A DNA stretch of 64,000 nucleotides from Bdellovibrionales bacterium (GCA_030638415.1 DAOWEO010000008.1:47-64046); one strand, 5' to 3'; counted from the stretch's first letter, positions 10,650-21,031 are shown. The notes: generated from the letters alone by a model not told the origin. Program-made: numbers and translations.

Positions 10650-11290
10650 TGAAAAAGCAAGTTATCCTATTTGGTGCTCCTGGTTCAGGAAAAGGTTCTC
10701 AAGCTAAGTATTTAGTTAAAGAGTATGGCTTTAAGCACCTTTCAACAGGTGATATCTTACGAGCTGAAGTAAAAAAGGGAACTGACCTTGGTGTTAGAAT
10801 TGCGGGAAGAATTGAGAAGGGCGAGCTAGTTAGTGACGAGATTATTTTAGAGCTTTTGCAAGCGAATTTAGATCTTGATAATAATAGCTATATTTTTGAT
10901 GGTTATCCTCGAAATCTTTCTCAAGCTCAAATATTATGTGAGAAGTTATTAGCAAATTATAATGTGATAGCAATATATTTTGATATAGATGTAAGTGTGT
11001 TGACTAAGCGAATTGTAAATCGTTTAGTATGTCCTGATTGTCAGGCTATATATAATAGGATTTCACACCCTCCTAAGCTAGGAGCTGTGTGCGATTATTG
11101 TCACGGACAGATTTATCAAAGAGCTGATGATAATGAAGAAACAGTAGTTAGTAGAATGAAGATATTTCAGGAGGTTACGAGTCCTGTACTAGATTTCTTT
11201 AAAGAAAAGGGTACGTTGCATACCATGAATGCTGCTGATGATTTTGACAATATTAGAGAAAGAATAAAAAAAGTATTAGATAACGTGTAA
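10649..11290 (+). CDS. adk: Adenylate kinase (zinc-lid type)
   Basis: P-loop GAPGSGKGSQA; lid CPDCQ...CDYCHG. Confidence 0.96.
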   Translation: MKKQVILFGAPGSGKGSQAKYLVKEYGFKHLSTGDILRAEVKKGTDLGVRIAGRIEKGELVSDEIILELLQANLDLDNNSYIFDGYPRNLSQAQILCEKLLANYNVIAIYFDIDVSVLTKRIVNRLVCPDCQAIYNRISHPPKLGAVCDYCHGQIYQRADDNEETVVSRMKIFQEVTSPVLDFFKEKGTLHTMNAADDFDNIRERIKKVLDNV

Positions 11291-11313
11291 ACAGAGTTTT
11301 TTTTATATATATC

Positions 11314-11342
11314 TTGCAAAGATGGCTAGATTCATATATATA
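11314..11342 (+). promoter_or_regulatory. Candidate sigma-70 promoter upstream of infA
   Basis: TTGCAA (11314-11319), 17-nt spacer, TATATA (11337-11342), in the adk-infA gap. Confidence 0.3.
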
Positions 11343-11373
11343 AGCAAAACTCACTATTGGAAAAAAAAACGAT

Positions 11374-11595
11374 ATGGCAGATAGCGACAGTATAGAAGTT
11401 GAAGGTGAGGTTACGGAATTACTACCAAACACGAAGTTTCGGGTTAAGTTGTCAAATGGGCATTTCGTAACTGGCTATATTAGTGGAAAAATGAGGATGC
11501 ATTATATAAAAATTCTTCCAGGTGACAAGGTTTTAGTGGAGGTTAGCCGCTATGATCTGACAAAGGGAAGAATTATATATCGCACGAAAGGTTAA
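11374..11595 (+). CDS. infA: Translation initiation factor IF-1
   Basis: 73 aa, S1-like; [25 protein letters not shown]. Confidence 0.96.
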   Translation: MADSDSIEVEGEVTELLPNTKFRVKLSNGHFVTGYISGKMRMHYIKILPGDKVLVEVSRYDLTKGRIIYRTKG

Positions 11596-11609
11596 AAGAG
11601 GAAGTAAAT

Positions 11610-11726
11610 ATGAAGGTTAGAGCATCTGTTAAGAAAATGTGTAAAGACTGTAAAGTTATTAAACGTAAAGGGGTTTTACGTGTTGTGTGTAAAGCGAACC
11701 CAAAACATAAACAAAGACAAGGTTAG
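11610..11726 (+). CDS. rpmJ: 50S ribosomal protein L36 (38 aa, not in ORF track)
   Basis: Hand translation: [45 protein letters not shown] lies upstream. Confidence 0.93.
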   Translation: MKVRASVKKMCKDCKVIKRKGVLRVVCKANPKHKQRQG

Positions 11727-11738
11727 TAGGAGTTAGTT

Positions 11739-12125
11739 ATGGCGCGAATTATTGGTGTTGATATTCCACGAAATAAAATAATGAGAATTGCAATTAGAGC
11801 GATCTATGGTATCGGTGCACATGTTTCAGAACAAGTTCTAGAGAAGGCAGGGGTTAGTCCTCTTAAGAATTCTAATGAGCTAACTGAAGAGGAAGCACAG
11901 AAGATTAGAGCCGTTTTAGAATCGGATGACTATAATGTTGAAGGTGATCTTCGTAGAGAAGTTGGCTTAAATATTAAACGTCTTCGTGATTTAGGATGTT
12001 ATAGAGGCATTCGTCACAGAAAAGGGCTTCCTGTACGAGGACAAAGGACTCATACAAATGCAAGAACTCGTAAGGGTAAATCTGTTGCGATCGCAGGAAA
12101 GAAATCTGTTAAACAAATGAAATAA
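11739..12125 (+). CDS. rpsM: 30S ribosomal protein S13
   Basis: [11 protein letters not shown]-terminus; [19 protein letters not shown]. Confidence 0.98.
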   Translation: MARIIGVDIPRNKIMRIAIRAIYGIGAHVSEQVLEKAGVSPLKNSNELTEEEAQKIRAVLESDDYNVEGDLRREVGLNIKRLRDLGCYRGIRHRKGLPVRGQRTHTNARTRKGKSVAIAGKKSVKQMK

Positions 12126-12143
12126 TAGGTAGAGGCTAGGGTT

Positions 12144-12527
12144 ATGGTTAAGAAAGTTGTAAAGAAAAAAGTTAAAAAGAATATTGCTCAAGGTATTTGT
12201 CATATCCAAGCATCTTTTAATAATACAATTGTTACATTTACTGATACGCAAGGAAATGCAATTAGCTGGGCAAGTGCTGGCCAATTGGGATTTCGTGGGT
12301 CTAAAAAGTCGACTCCATTTGCCGCTCAGTCAGCATCTTTAGAGGCTGCAAAGGCTGCTCAGGAGCATGGACTAACAACTTGTGAAGTTAGAGTTAAAGG
12401 GCCTGGAGCTGGACGTGAGAACGCTATTCGCGCCTTGGTTCAAGCTGGATTAAGAATTACTGCAGTTTCTGATAGAAGTCCAATGCCACACAACGGCTGT
12501 AGACCTCCTAAGAAGAGAAGAGTTTAA
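12144..12527 (+). CDS. rpsK: 30S ribosomal protein S11
   Basis: [18 protein letters not shown]...[14 protein letters not shown]. Confidence 0.98.
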   Translation: MVKKVVKKKVKKNIAQGICHIQASFNNTIVTFTDTQGNAISWASAGQLGFRGSKKSTPFAAQSASLEAAKAAQEHGLTTCEVRVKGPGAGRENAIRALVQAGLRITAVSDRSPMPHNGCRPPKKRRV

Positions 12528-12559
12528 TTAATATATTATAGGTAAGAAAGGATATTATT

Positions 12560-13186
12560 ATGGCACGTTATATTGGGTCAGTGTGTAAATTGTGTAGAAG
12601 AGAGGGCGAGAAGCTTTTTCTAAAAGGTAGTCGTTGTTATACTGATAAGTGTGCAATTGAGAGAAGACCTTATCCACCAGGACAGCACGGACAGAGAAGA
12701 ACAAAAATTTCAGATTATGGAATTCAGTTAAGAGAAAAGCAAAAACTAAAAAGATTATATGGAATTCAAGAAAAGCAGATGCGTGGAATTTTTAGCCATG
12801 CTGCTCGTATGACTGGAGTAACAGGTGAAAACCTTCTTACCCTTCTTGAGCGTCGCTTTGATAATGTTATTTATAGAGTTGGTTTTGCAGCTTCAAGAAA
12901 AGAAGCAAGACAGATGGTAAAGCATTACCACTTTATGATCAATGGCAAGAAGGCTAATGTTCCTTCAATGTTATTATCTTCTGGAGATGTTGTTGAAATC
13001 GCTCCAAAATCAAAAGATGTTTCAAAAATTACAGGTGGACTAGAGGCTAATGCAATTAGAGAAGTTCCCGCTTGGATTGAAGTTGATAAAAATAGCTTAA
13101 AAGCTGTTGTTAGAGACTTACCGAAACGTGATGATGTTACTTCAATGATCGAAGAACGTCTTGTTGTTGAACTTTATAGTAAATAA
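12560..13186 (+). CDS. rpsD: 30S ribosomal protein S4
   Basis: [17 protein letters not shown]-terminus; S4 domain. Confidence 0.98.
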   Translation: MARYIGSVCKLCRREGEKLFLKGSRCYTDKCAIERRPYPPGQHGQRRTKISDYGIQLREKQKLKRLYGIQEKQMRGIFSHAARMTGVTGENLLTLLERRFDNVIYRVGFAASRKEARQMVKHYHFMINGKKANVPSMLLSSGDVVEIAPKSKDVSKITGGLEANAIREVPAWIEVDKNSLKAVVRDLPKRDDVTSMIEERLVVELYSK

Positions 13187-13209
13187 TTAAGCTTAAGGGG
13201 AATTACCTA

Positions 13210-14244
13210 ATGGATATGTTTACAAAGAAAAATTGGACCAGTTTAATCAGACCTATTGCTCTTGATGCTGACGGCGGAAGAGATGAAGGTGGTTATGGAA
13301 AGTTTATTGCAAAGCCTCTTGAGAGAGGATACGGACAAACTCTTGGAAACTCTTTACGTAGAGTACTTTTATCATCACTTCAGGGTGCCGGTATTGTTGC
13401 TATAAAAATTGATGGTGTTGACCATGAATTTGGAACAATTAATAACGTAAAAGAAGAAGTATCAGAAATTATTTTAAACTTAAAAGAAGTTAAATTTACA
13501 ATTTCTAATAAAGAAGACGTTGTTCTTGTTTTAGAAAAGACAGGAGAGGGTCCTGTTATTGCTAAAGATATTGAAGAAAGCTCTTCTATTAAGGTTTTAA
13601 ATCCTGAGCATACTATTTGTAACATCTCATCTGGTGGAACTATTCGCATGGAGCTAATGGTTGCACGTGGTAAGGGATATGTTACAGCGTTAGATAATAA
13701 AGAGAATTTTGATCTACCAGTTGGTTGGATCTACCTTGATACTCTTTTTTCACCTGTTCAGCGTGTAAACTACAGTGTTACAAACTCTCGTGTTGGAAAG
13801 AGAACTGACTTTGATAAGTTAACTCTTGAAGTTTGGACGAATGCTGGGGTAACTCCTGAAGATGCAGTTGCTTACTCAGCTAAAATTTTACGTGATCAAC
13901 TTGTTGTTTTCTTGAATTTTCAAGATAGTGATGAGGTTGTTGCTGTAGAGGCTAACAAGCCTGCTAAGTCAGCAACACAAACAAACTCTGCTTTTTTAAA
14001 GCCTGTTTCAGAATTAGAGCTTTCAGTTCGTTCTGCAAATTGTCTACAAAATGCAAATATTAAGTATATTTACGAGCTTGTTTCTAAGACCGAAGGTGAA
14101 ATGTTAAGAACAAAGAACTTTGGGCGTAAGTCATTAAATGAAATTAAAGAGCTTTTAACTCAGATGGGTCTTGGTCTTGGAATGAAGATTGACAGTGTCA
14201 TGAAAGAGATTGAAGAAATGAAAGAGGCTGAAGCCAAAAATTAG
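13210..14244 (+). CDS. rpoA: DNA-directed RNA polymerase subunit alpha
   Basis: GYGQTLGNSLRRVLLSS N-terminal domain; C-terminal domain LELSVRSANCL...FGRKSLNEIKE. Confidence 0.98.
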   Translation: MDMFTKKNWTSLIRPIALDADGGRDEGGYGKFIAKPLERGYGQTLGNSLRRVLLSSLQGAGIVAIKIDGVDHEFGTINNVKEEVSEIILNLKEVKFTISNKEDVVLVLEKTGEGPVIAKDIEESSSIKVLNPEHTICNISSGGTIRMELMVARGKGYVTALDNKENFDLPVGWIYLDTLFSPVQRVNYSVTNSRVGKRTDFDKLTLEVWTNAGVTPEDAVAYSAKILRDQLVVFLNFQDSDEVVAVEANKPAKSATQTNSAFLKPVSELELSVRSANCLQNANIKYIYELVSKTEGEMLRTKNFGRKSLNEIKELLTQMGLGLGMKIDSVMKEIEEMKEAEAKN

Positions 14245-14271
14245 TAGAATCGGAAGTGGGGAGTTGCTGTT

Positions 14272-14628
14272 ATGAGACATAATAAACATAAGTATAAGTT
14301 GGGAGTAGATCCTGCACATAGAAAATCAATGATGAAAAACTTAGCGTCATCGCTAATTGAGCATAAAAGAATTAAAACGACTAAAACTCGTTGTAAAGCT
14401 TTAAAGATTTTTGTAGAGAAATTAGTTACTATTGCTAAGGTTGATACTGTTGCAAACAGAAGACAAGCTTACAGAAAACTAAATAATAAAGATGCTGTTA
14501 AGTCTCTTTTTACAGAAGTAGGGCCAATGTTTAAGGAACGTAACGGTGGTTACACCCGTATCCTTAAACTTTCTGATGGTCGTGTTGGTGACAATGCGCA
14601 GATGGCTTATATCTCATTTGTTGATTAG
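14272..14628 (+). CDS. rplQ: 50S ribosomal protein L17
   Basis: MRHNKHKYKLG N-terminus; last gene of the alpha operon. Confidence 0.97.
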   Translation: MRHNKHKYKLGVDPAHRKSMMKNLASSLIEHKRIKTTKTRCKALKIFVEKLVTIAKVDTVANRRQAYRKLNNKDAVKSLFTEVGPMFKERNGGYTRILKLSDGRVGDNAQMAYISFVD

Positions 14629-14657
14629 AAAATAACTATTAAACACTTAAAATGGAG

Positions 14658-14691
14658 AGACCTTTTTGTGAGAGCAGAAAGGTCTTTTTTT
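14658..14691 (+). terminator. Rho-independent terminator after rplQ
   Basis: Stem AGACCTTT (14658-14665) / AAAGGTCT (14678-14685) followed by a T7 run. Confidence 0.75.
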
Positions 14692-14693
14692 GT

Positions 14694-15212
14694 ATGAAGA
14701 AACATTTTATTATTGCGATCTCTTTTATTGTTCTGACGAGTGTTGTTTGGCTAACAGCCTCTTTTCAAAAAGCTAATATTTCAGTTAATTTATTAGATTT
14801 AGCTAGTTCTGGTCATTTTCCGACAGTAGTTGTGAAAAATCTTGCGGGAGAAAGTATTACACTTACTACTGGTACAAAAGGAACACTTATTCACTTTTGG
14901 GCAACGTGGTGTTCACCATGTTTGGCAGAGATGCCTGAGCTGTTAGAGTATTCTCACAAGCTACCAGTTGGTTATAAAGTATATATAATAGCTGGTAGTG
15001 ATAAGCTGAAAGATGTTAAAAAATTTTTAAGTAAATTTAAGAAGCGTTCAGCAAATATTTCATTTCTATTTGATGAAAGTGGAGAGCAGATGAAAGCGAT
15101 GGGAACTTTTAAACTACCTGAGACTTATATCTACAATTCTGCTGGCAAATTTATTTCAAAAATTCCAGGAGCCAACAACTGGAAAGTTTTTGCTCCTGAT
15201 TTAGGCTTATAA
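14694..15212 (+). CDS. TlpA/ResA-like thiol:disulfide oxidoreductase, membrane-anchored (thioredoxin fold)
   Basis: The WATWCSPC (CxxC) motif follows an N-terminal hydrophobic anchor. I prefer ATG 14694 because the track start at 14652 runs through the rplQ terminator. Confidence 0.8.
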   Translation: MKKHFIIAISFIVLTSVVWLTASFQKANISVNLLDLASSGHFPTVVVKNLAGESITLTTGTKGTLIHFWATWCSPCLAEMPELLEYSHKLPVGYKVYIIAGSDKLKDVKKFLSKFKKRSANISFLFDESGEQMKAMGTFKLPETYIYNSAGKFISKIPGANNWKVFAPDLGL

Positions 15213-16061
15213 AGGTTTGAACCAGCATAGCGGACGTACGCCATCAGTATCTCCATTTTGACGATTGCAGGTTCCAATATTAGGGTCAGTGTCACTTACT
15301 TCTACCTTGTGATTAACTTGGCATATTGCAGCTTGAGCATATGTATCTAGTCGGCATTGAGGTGTAGGATGCCACGGGTCTGTTTTTTCTACCTCCGACA
15401 TATCAGGAGTATCCAGTAGTGGAAAATCTACATGACGGTATTCTGCAATTAAATTAGCCATGGTTTTGCCAGCCATGATTGAACGAATACAGAGTGCTGA
15501 TTGCTTTTTGTCTGGATAAGCATCCATGCAATTTAATGATGCCCATACGGGAATGTCTTGCTCATTATCAGTCAAAAATTGAATATTGTCTTCTTGTTCA
15601 AAGAGTGTCCGAAAGCACTTTAGAGTTGCCCAGTAATCGGCTTGTCCCTCAAATGATACCCAGCGCTTGAAATATGTTGCTGATTTTGGAGCACCACCCA
15701 GATGGTGTCCCATCTCATGGCAAAGAACAAGGGCAAAGCCATCATAGTTAATCATAGGGTGTCTGGCTAAGCCTCCGAGTGCAGTTAGCTTCCAAATAGG
15801 TCCAATTCTTGAGGCATATGCATTGACTCTATTACTTTTCCATTTTGCTTTGATTTTAAATAGACCGCCTCGCTTATGGATTGTTTTTCTGTATGTCTTT
15901 TTTATTTTTTTTAAAAGTCCCTTAAACTGTTTTTTAGTGATATTTCCCTCTGCCATTGTAGACATTGGACTTGGCTCTTGTAAGAAATACGAGTGCTGCC
16001 AGTTAGTGGCATTAAGCGTAAAAGAGCAGACGTATAATGTAAGTGCTAAAAAAAATCTCAT
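15207..16061 (-). CDS. Secreted zinc metalloprotease (HExxH)
   Basis: Signal-like N-terminus MRFFLALTLYVCSFTLNA; LCHEMGHHLGG zincin motif. The family was not recognised. Confidence 0.65.
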   Translation of the reverse strand: MRFFLALTLYVCSFTLNATNWQHSYFLQEPSPMSTMAEGNITKKQFKGLLKKIKKTYRKTIHKRGGLFKIKAKWKSNRVNAYASRIGPIWKLTALGGLARHPMINYDGFALVLCHEMGHHLGGAPKSATYFKRWVSFEGQADYWATLKCFRTLFEQEDNIQFLTDNEQDIPVWASLNCMDAYPDKKQSALCIRSIMAGKTMANLIAEYRHVDFPLLDTPDMSEVEKTDPWHPTPQCRLDTYAQAAICQVNHKVEVSDTDPNIGTCNRQNGDTDGVRPLCWFKPL

Positions 16062-16304
16062 AAATACTCCCCAGATAATGACTTATTTTTACTTAGTGTA
16101 TAGTAAAAGTAAATACACCAACCACCTGTTTTTACGTTCAAAAACTTGTAGGTTTAATTTTTATACAGTTGATGGTCACCGTTTTTAGACAATTTTTTCC
16201 GTTTAGTTATTTAAATGCATTTTTTTTATACATTTTATTAAAGAATTTAAAAATGTTGTCGAAAAGTTATACAGAAACATTAGCAGACTAAATGAGGAGC
16301 CTGT

Positions 16305-17876
16305 ATGATTAACTGGGATGATATTGAACAATTACACGTGATAAATAAGCTGGAAGAGGTCCTACAGCAGTGGTTTGGAGTGGAGCTTTTTTATACAGAT
16401 GGATTTGGTAAAATAAAAAGTAAACATAATCATAAAGATTTTGAATTTGAAAATCAGTTTTTTAAAGTACAGATGCAGCTTCCAGCTGGGCCAGCTATTT
16501 TAGACCAAACGATTGAAAATGTGATTGATACCTTTCATAAAGAGAAAAGAACATCTGGCTATTTTGATTCCGTATTTCCTCATGTGCGTGGAGTGGCGTC
16601 AATGATAGACATTGATGGTGAGACTGAGGGAGTGGTTTTTGCTTATCCATATATGCCCGATACGGCGACTAAGATAGAGATAGAAGATATTCGTTCTAAG
16701 CTGATAGAAAATGGAGCATCAAAAGAGGATGCACAGTTGGTTGTTGATAAGCTAAAAAGAACGAGTAATGTAGACAAGGGCTACTTACAGGAGCTTGTAG
16801 ACATTGTCGCAGGAGAAGTGGCTACTTTTCATACAGAAATTAGTAAACGTGAAGATAGAATCCAAGAGTTAAACTCAGAGCTTGGAGATAAATATCGCTA
16901 TCATATGATGGTAGGGAAATCCAAAAAGATGCAGCAGATTTACCGTCTTTTGGAGAGAGTATCTGCTTCAGATGCAAGTATTATGGTTCAAGGTGCAAAT
17001 GGTACAGGTAAAGAACTTGTTGCCAAGGCCATTCATTACTTTTCTCACCGTAAGGATCGTGTGTTTTTAGCAGTTAACTGCTCTGCCTTTAATGAAAACT
17101 TACTTGATTCAGAACTATTTGGGCACGTAAAAGGTGCATTTACAGGGGCGATAAAGGATAAAAAAGGACTATTCGAGCAAGCAGATGGTGGAACTCTTTT
17201 TCTAGATGAGATTGGAGATACTAGTTTAGCCATGCAGGTAAAGTTATTACGGGTGTTACAAGAAGGAACTTTTCTACCAGTTGGAGCGACGGTACCACGT
17301 AAGGCAAATGTACGTATTATTGCTGCGACAAATAGAAATTTGAAGAAAATGATGGCTGAGGGTGACTTTAGAGAGGATCTGTTTTTTCGAATAAACGTTA
17401 TAAATGTTGATATACCATCATTGAGAGATAGGGCAGATGATATTCCTCTTTTGATGGAACATTTTATGAAAAAGCGTTGTGATGAATCTGGGCAGCCAGT
17501 TAAGATAATTGCTAAAAGATGTATGGAAAAGATGTTAAATTACGCATGGCCTGGAAATGTACGAGAGCTTGAAAATGAAATTGAGCGGCTCGTAGTATTG
17601 GCGGGACCAGATAAGACAATTCATCATGATTTATTAAGTCCACGGATTTTAGAATATGGGGCTCAGTCTCCAGTTGTGGGAAGTGGAATTAACACTGGTG
17701 GAACGCTAAAAGCAGCTCTTGAAGAGCTTGAATCAATAATGATTCGTGAAGGGCTTAAAAGATGTAATTTTAATAAATCACGCTTGGCTAAAGAGCTTGG
17801 AGTGAGTCGTGCTAGTCTGATTATGAAAGTTGATAAGTATGGACTTGATAAGCGAAAACAAGCAGTTGGCGAGTAG
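16305..17876 (+). CDS. Sigma-54-dependent transcriptional activator (bacterial enhancer-binding protein)
   Basis: AAA+ Walker A GANGTGKE, GAFTGA loop (HVKGAFTGA) and a C-terminal Fis-type HTH (LAKELGVSRASL). The ~200-aa N-terminal sensor domain is unassigned. Confidence 0.9.
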   Translation: MINWDDIEQLHVINKLEEVLQQWFGVELFYTDGFGKIKSKHNHKDFEFENQFFKVQMQLPAGPAILDQTIENVIDTFHKEKRTSGYFDSVFPHVRGVASMIDIDGETEGVVFAYPYMPDTATKIEIEDIRSKLIENGASKEDAQLVVDKLKRTSNVDKGYLQELVDIVAGEVATFHTEISKREDRIQELNSELGDKYRYHMMVGKSKKMQQIYRLLERVSASDASIMVQGANGTGKELVAKAIHYFSHRKDRVFLAVNCSAFNENLLDSELFGHVKGAFTGAIKDKKGLFEQADGGTLFLDEIGDTSLAMQVKLLRVLQEGTFLPVGATVPRKANVRIIAATNRNLKKMMAEGDFREDLFFRINVINVDIPSLRDRADDIPLLMEHFMKKRCDESGQPVKIIAKRCMEKMLNYAWPGNVRELENEIERLVVLAGPDKTIHHDLLSPRILEYGAQSPVVGSGINTGGTLKAALEELESIMIREGLKRCNFNKSRLAKELGVSRASLIMKVDKYGLDKRKQAVGE

Positions 17877-17910
17877 CAATAAATAATGACATGAAAATTT
17901 ATTAGTGCTA

Positions 17911-17940
17911 AATTCCTCCGTATATCGGAGGAATTTTTTT
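17911..17940 (+). terminator. Rho-independent terminator after the sigma-54 activator
   Basis: AATTCCTCCG-TATAT-CGGAGGAATT followed by a T run. Confidence 0.75.
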
Positions 17941-18942
17941 ATGGCACCTAATCAATTTAATAAAGAATACAATTATGAATTTGAAAAATTAAAGAGTGAT
18001 TTCAAAAAAAACTTGAAACCATTTTTAACTTTTTTTGTAGTTTTACTACTTATCTTTGGAGCAATGTCTACATTTTATACAGTGCAACCTGACGAAGAGG
18101 CAGTCTCAATTCGTTTAGGTAAATACACTATTACAAATGGGCCAGGACTTCATTTTAAACTCCCATTTGGCATTGACCGTGTAATCAAGTTGCAGACTAA
18201 AAGAGTTCACCAACTGGAGTTCGGTTTTCGTACTCGTGATACATCTGCCGGAAGAATGCGTTTTTCTAAAAATGTATATGAGAATGAGTCACTTATGTTA
18301 ACAGGTGATTTAAATGTTGCAGAGGTTGAGTGGGTTGTACAGTATCAAATCTCTGATCCATTTAAGTACCTTTTTAAGACCAATGATCCTATTGGAAATA
18401 TTAGAGACGTATCAGAGTCCATTATGCGACGAGTTGTTGGAGATCGTTTAGTTACTGAGGTTTTAACTACTGGACGAATGGATATTGCTGTTGAGGCTAA
18501 GATTTTAATGCAGACCGTGCTTGATAAATATAGCTTAGGTGTGAGAGTGGTAACAGTGAAGCTGCAGGATGTGAATCCTCCTGAACGAGTTAAGCCATCT
18601 TTTAATGAGGTGAACGAAGCAAAGCAAGAGCAGGAAAAAGTAATTAACTTTGCAGAGAGAAATTACAACAATATAATTCCAGAGGCGAGAGGAAAGGCAC
18701 AAAAGCTAGTATCAGAAGCCATGGGTTATGCTACTGCTGTTGTGAATAGAGCTGAAGGTGATGCCGATAAGTTTCTCTCCATTTTAAAAGAGTACAAAAA
18801 AGCACCAAAGATTACTCAAAAAAGAATGTATCTAGAGACAATGGAAGAAATTTTCACTCAGGTGAAATCATTCACCGTTGTTGATGCAAAAATAAAAGGC
18901 TTACTGCCAATTTATCAAAACTTAAGCCAGAAAGAGCAATAG
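17941..18942 (+). CDS. hflK: FtsH protease modulator HflK (SPFH domain)
   Basis: N-terminal TM segment plus SPFH/band-7 pattern (VQPDEEAV..RLGKY, LTGDLNV), followed by hflC. ATG 17941 is preferred over the track start at 17905, which crosses the terminator. Confidence 0.88.
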   Translation: MAPNQFNKEYNYEFEKLKSDFKKNLKPFLTFFVVLLLIFGAMSTFYTVQPDEEAVSIRLGKYTITNGPGLHFKLPFGIDRVIKLQTKRVHQLEFGFRTRDTSAGRMRFSKNVYENESLMLTGDLNVAEVEWVVQYQISDPFKYLFKTNDPIGNIRDVSESIMRRVVGDRLVTEVLTTGRMDIAVEAKILMQTVLDKYSLGVRVVTVKLQDVNPPERVKPSFNEVNEAKQEQEKVINFAERNYNNIIPEARGKAQKLVSEAMGYATAVVNRAEGDADKFLSILKEYKKAPKITQKRMYLETMEEIFTQVKSFTVVDAKIKGLLPIYQNLSQKEQ

Positions 18943-18950
18943 GATAGAAT

Positions 18951-19922
18951 ATGAAAAAATTATTATTACCTTTATTACCTGTTATTTTTGTTGCTGCTAT
19001 CATCACTTTAAAGGGAACTTTTTTTATTGTGAGCGAAGGTGAACAAGCAATTATAACTCAGTTTGGAAAACCAGTTGGTTTTCCAATAACTTCAGCAGGA
19101 TTGCATTTGAAGACACCGTTTGTGCAAGAAATTCGCTATATGGATAAGCGTATTTTAACATGGGATGGGCATCCAAATCAGATTCCAACAAAAGATAAAA
19201 AATATATTAAAGTGGATACAACAGCACGTTGGATGATTGTAGATGCTTTGAAATTTATTCAGACTGTTGAAAATGAGCGTGGAGCACAGGCGAGACTGGA
19301 TGCTATTTTAGATGCTGCAACTCGAGATGTTATCTCTAATCATCACTTGGTAGAAGTGGTGAGAAATTCAGATTCAATTTTAGATAAGATTAAAGCTAAA
19401 AAGGATCACGCTATTAGTAATGCTGCTAAAGGGTTACCTGTCATTGAAGAAGAAGTGACAGGCGAGATTGAGAGTATTCAAGTTGGCCGTGAAAAATTAA
19501 GTGAGATTATTGTTAAAAATGCATCCAGTGAATTGGGGCAGTTTGGTATTAAGCTAATTGATCTACAGTTACGACGTATCTCTTATGAGCAGACAGTTGA
19601 AGCTAAGGTGTATGAGAGAATGATTTCTGAGCGTCAGCGGATTGCACAAAAGATTAGATCTATTGGTCAAGGTGAAAAAGCTAAGATTGAGGGACGTTTG
19701 AAGCTTGATCTGCAAAAAATTACTTCTGAGGCTTATAAGAAAGCAGAGATTATTAAGGGACGTGCTGATGCAAAAAGTATTGCAATTTTTGCTAAGGCAT
19801 TCAACCAAGGTGCTGGGTTTTATGAGTTTCAAAGAACTTTAGAAGCTTATAAAAAATCACTAAGAGGAAAAACTCAATTTATTCTTTCTTCTGATTCTAA
19901 GTTTTTAAAGCTTTTAAAGTGA
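18951..19922 (+). CDS. hflC: FtsH protease modulator HflC (SPFH domain)
   Basis: TM segment plus SPFH pattern (VSEGEQAIITQFGKP); paired with hflK. Confidence 0.88.
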   Translation: MKKLLLPLLPVIFVAAIITLKGTFFIVSEGEQAIITQFGKPVGFPITSAGLHLKTPFVQEIRYMDKRILTWDGHPNQIPTKDKKYIKVDTTARWMIVDALKFIQTVENERGAQARLDAILDAATRDVISNHHLVEVVRNSDSILDKIKAKKDHAISNAAKGLPVIEEEVTGEIESIQVGREKLSEIIVKNASSELGQFGIKLIDLQLRRISYEQTVEAKVYERMISERQRIAQKIRSIGQGEKAKIEGRLKLDLQKITSEAYKKAEIIKGRADAKSIAIFAKAFNQGAGFYEFQRTLEAYKKSLRGKTQFILSSDSKFLKLLK

Positions 19923-21031
19923 TTTTTTTTACGACAGTAAATTTTAAATTTTGAATTATAAAGGGTATGGAAACATACCCTTTTTTTATGCCATGTTTTA
20001 TATCCTTTTTTTGTTCTTTCTATCTTTTTAAAATTAGTTAGCTGTTTTGTTCTACGTACTTCTTGTAAATGTTTTATCCCTGGTGCATTTATTAGTTGTG
20101 GAGAGCTTAGTACTAGAGCTAAAGATAGTAGCAGTGAAGATATTTTCAGGCGGTTCGAAAGTATAGATCCTAGTAATAAGGATATTACAATTGGTACAGT
20201 AAATGGAATATCAAAGCTAGGAAGAGTGGAAAATGTTGTCTCTAGTAAGCTGAAAACTTGCTGTATTAGTGGGCTTAAAAGAGAAGATGGGTAGATGTAA
20301 AAAATAAATAGAAGTGGAAATACTAGTGAAAAAATTGAGGTATAGATAAACCCAATTACAAAATGAATAGGATAGAATGGCACCTGTAAGTACCCAGCTA
20401 AAAATAGCTGTGAAATTGCTATAGCAATGAAAATTGATTTTATATTGATCTCATTGAAACTTAAGATACTACCAAAAAATATAAAGCTATAGAGAAAGCT
20501 TTGAGGGGAGAGTTGAAATGTTCCCCAGAAAAAATCGATCCCAAAACTTATTAGAAATATTAAATATGGATGACTCTTTGTTGGTTGTATCAGCTGAATA
20601 GCTTTGTAGAGAGAGACTCTATGGATAGAGTAGAGCGAAGGAAGAGTAAAGAATACGAGAGAATAAAGAACAAATTGCAAAGAGGAGATATAACGTTGTT
20701 TTGAGGTAACTACTTTAAAAAGAGGAATGATTAGTAGCAGTAGTGCTCCAAAGTGGATTGCAGATGGGGTAAATAGGTGGGCGATATAAAATTGTGAGTG
20801 GATTTTTTTAAACTTATGAGGGAGATTCCTTCTTTCACCTGTTACATATGCAATTAGTAAAAGAGAGTACTGCCAGTTTTTAGTTAGGGTAATTATTTTA
20901 TGTTCTCTGCTTACAGAGTATAGTGGCGAACTATCAGCATAGTTTTTTATTCCTTTTTTTTCGGCATAAAAAGAGAATAGTAAAAAAGCTAGGAGTAAGT
21001 GAATAAAAAGGTAGTTTTCAGGTAATTTCAT
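19874..21031 (-). CDS. ComEC/Rec2-like polytopic membrane protein (core competence domain only)
   Basis: Many TM segments. GERRNLPHKFKKIHSQFYIAHLFTPSAIHFGALLLL resembles the ComEC motif (GdR...HLlAiSGlH). The basic C-terminal tail overlaps hflC and its terminator, so the 3' end is uncertain. Confidence 0.5.
   Translation of the reverse strand: MKLPENYLFIHLLLAFLLFSFYAEKKGIKNYADSSPLYSVSREHKIITLTKNWQYSLLLIAYVTGERRNLPHKFKKIHSQFYIAHLFTPSAIHFGALLLLIIPLFKVVTSKQRYISSLQFVLYSLVFFTLPSLYSIHRVSLYKAIQLIQPTKSHPYLIFLISFGIDFFWGTFQLSPQSFLYSFIFFGSILSFNEINIKSIFIAIAISQLFLAGYLQVPFYPIHFVIGFIYTSIFSLVFPLLFIFYIYPSSLLSPLIQQVFSLLETTFSTLPSFDIPFTVPIVISLLLGSILSNRLKISSLLLSLALVLSSPQLINAPGIKHLQEVRRTKQLTNFKKIERTKKGYKTWHKKRVCFHTLYNSKFKIYCRKKNHFKSFKNLESEERIN
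19961..19987 (+). terminator. Rho-independent terminator after hflC
   Basis: AAGGGTATG-GAAA-CATACCCTT followed by T7. It lies inside the 3' end of the convergent minus-strand ORF. Confidence 0.7.

Noticed and set aside
1174-13649. Short antisense or out-of-frame ORFs in the track within the ribosomal cluster (for example 1174-1368, 1387-1605, 2678-2881, 2688-2885, 3329-3622, 4081-4308, 4387-4629, 6679-6888, 8981-9280, 9418-9609, 11991-12284, 13380-13649).
   Set aside because: All lie inside strongly supported ribosomal, secY or rpoA genes. Their translations are low-complexity, with no motifs and no RBS. They are typical shadow ORFs.
14652-14693. Upstream start for the TlpA-like gene (track start 14652). 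The same issue applies to 17905 for hflK, 38718 for the lipoprotein and 49669 for PqqD-1.
   Set aside because: For 14652 and 17905, the extensions run through the terminator hairpin of the preceding gene. For 38718 and 49669, they precede a much better start: a signal peptide beginning at the downstream ATG, or an SD plus ATGA coupling.
15479-16188. ORFs 15479-15670 (+) and 15823-16188 (+), overlapping the metalloprotease gene.
   Set aside because: They are antisense to an ORF with a clear HExxH motif and signal peptide. No features of their own.
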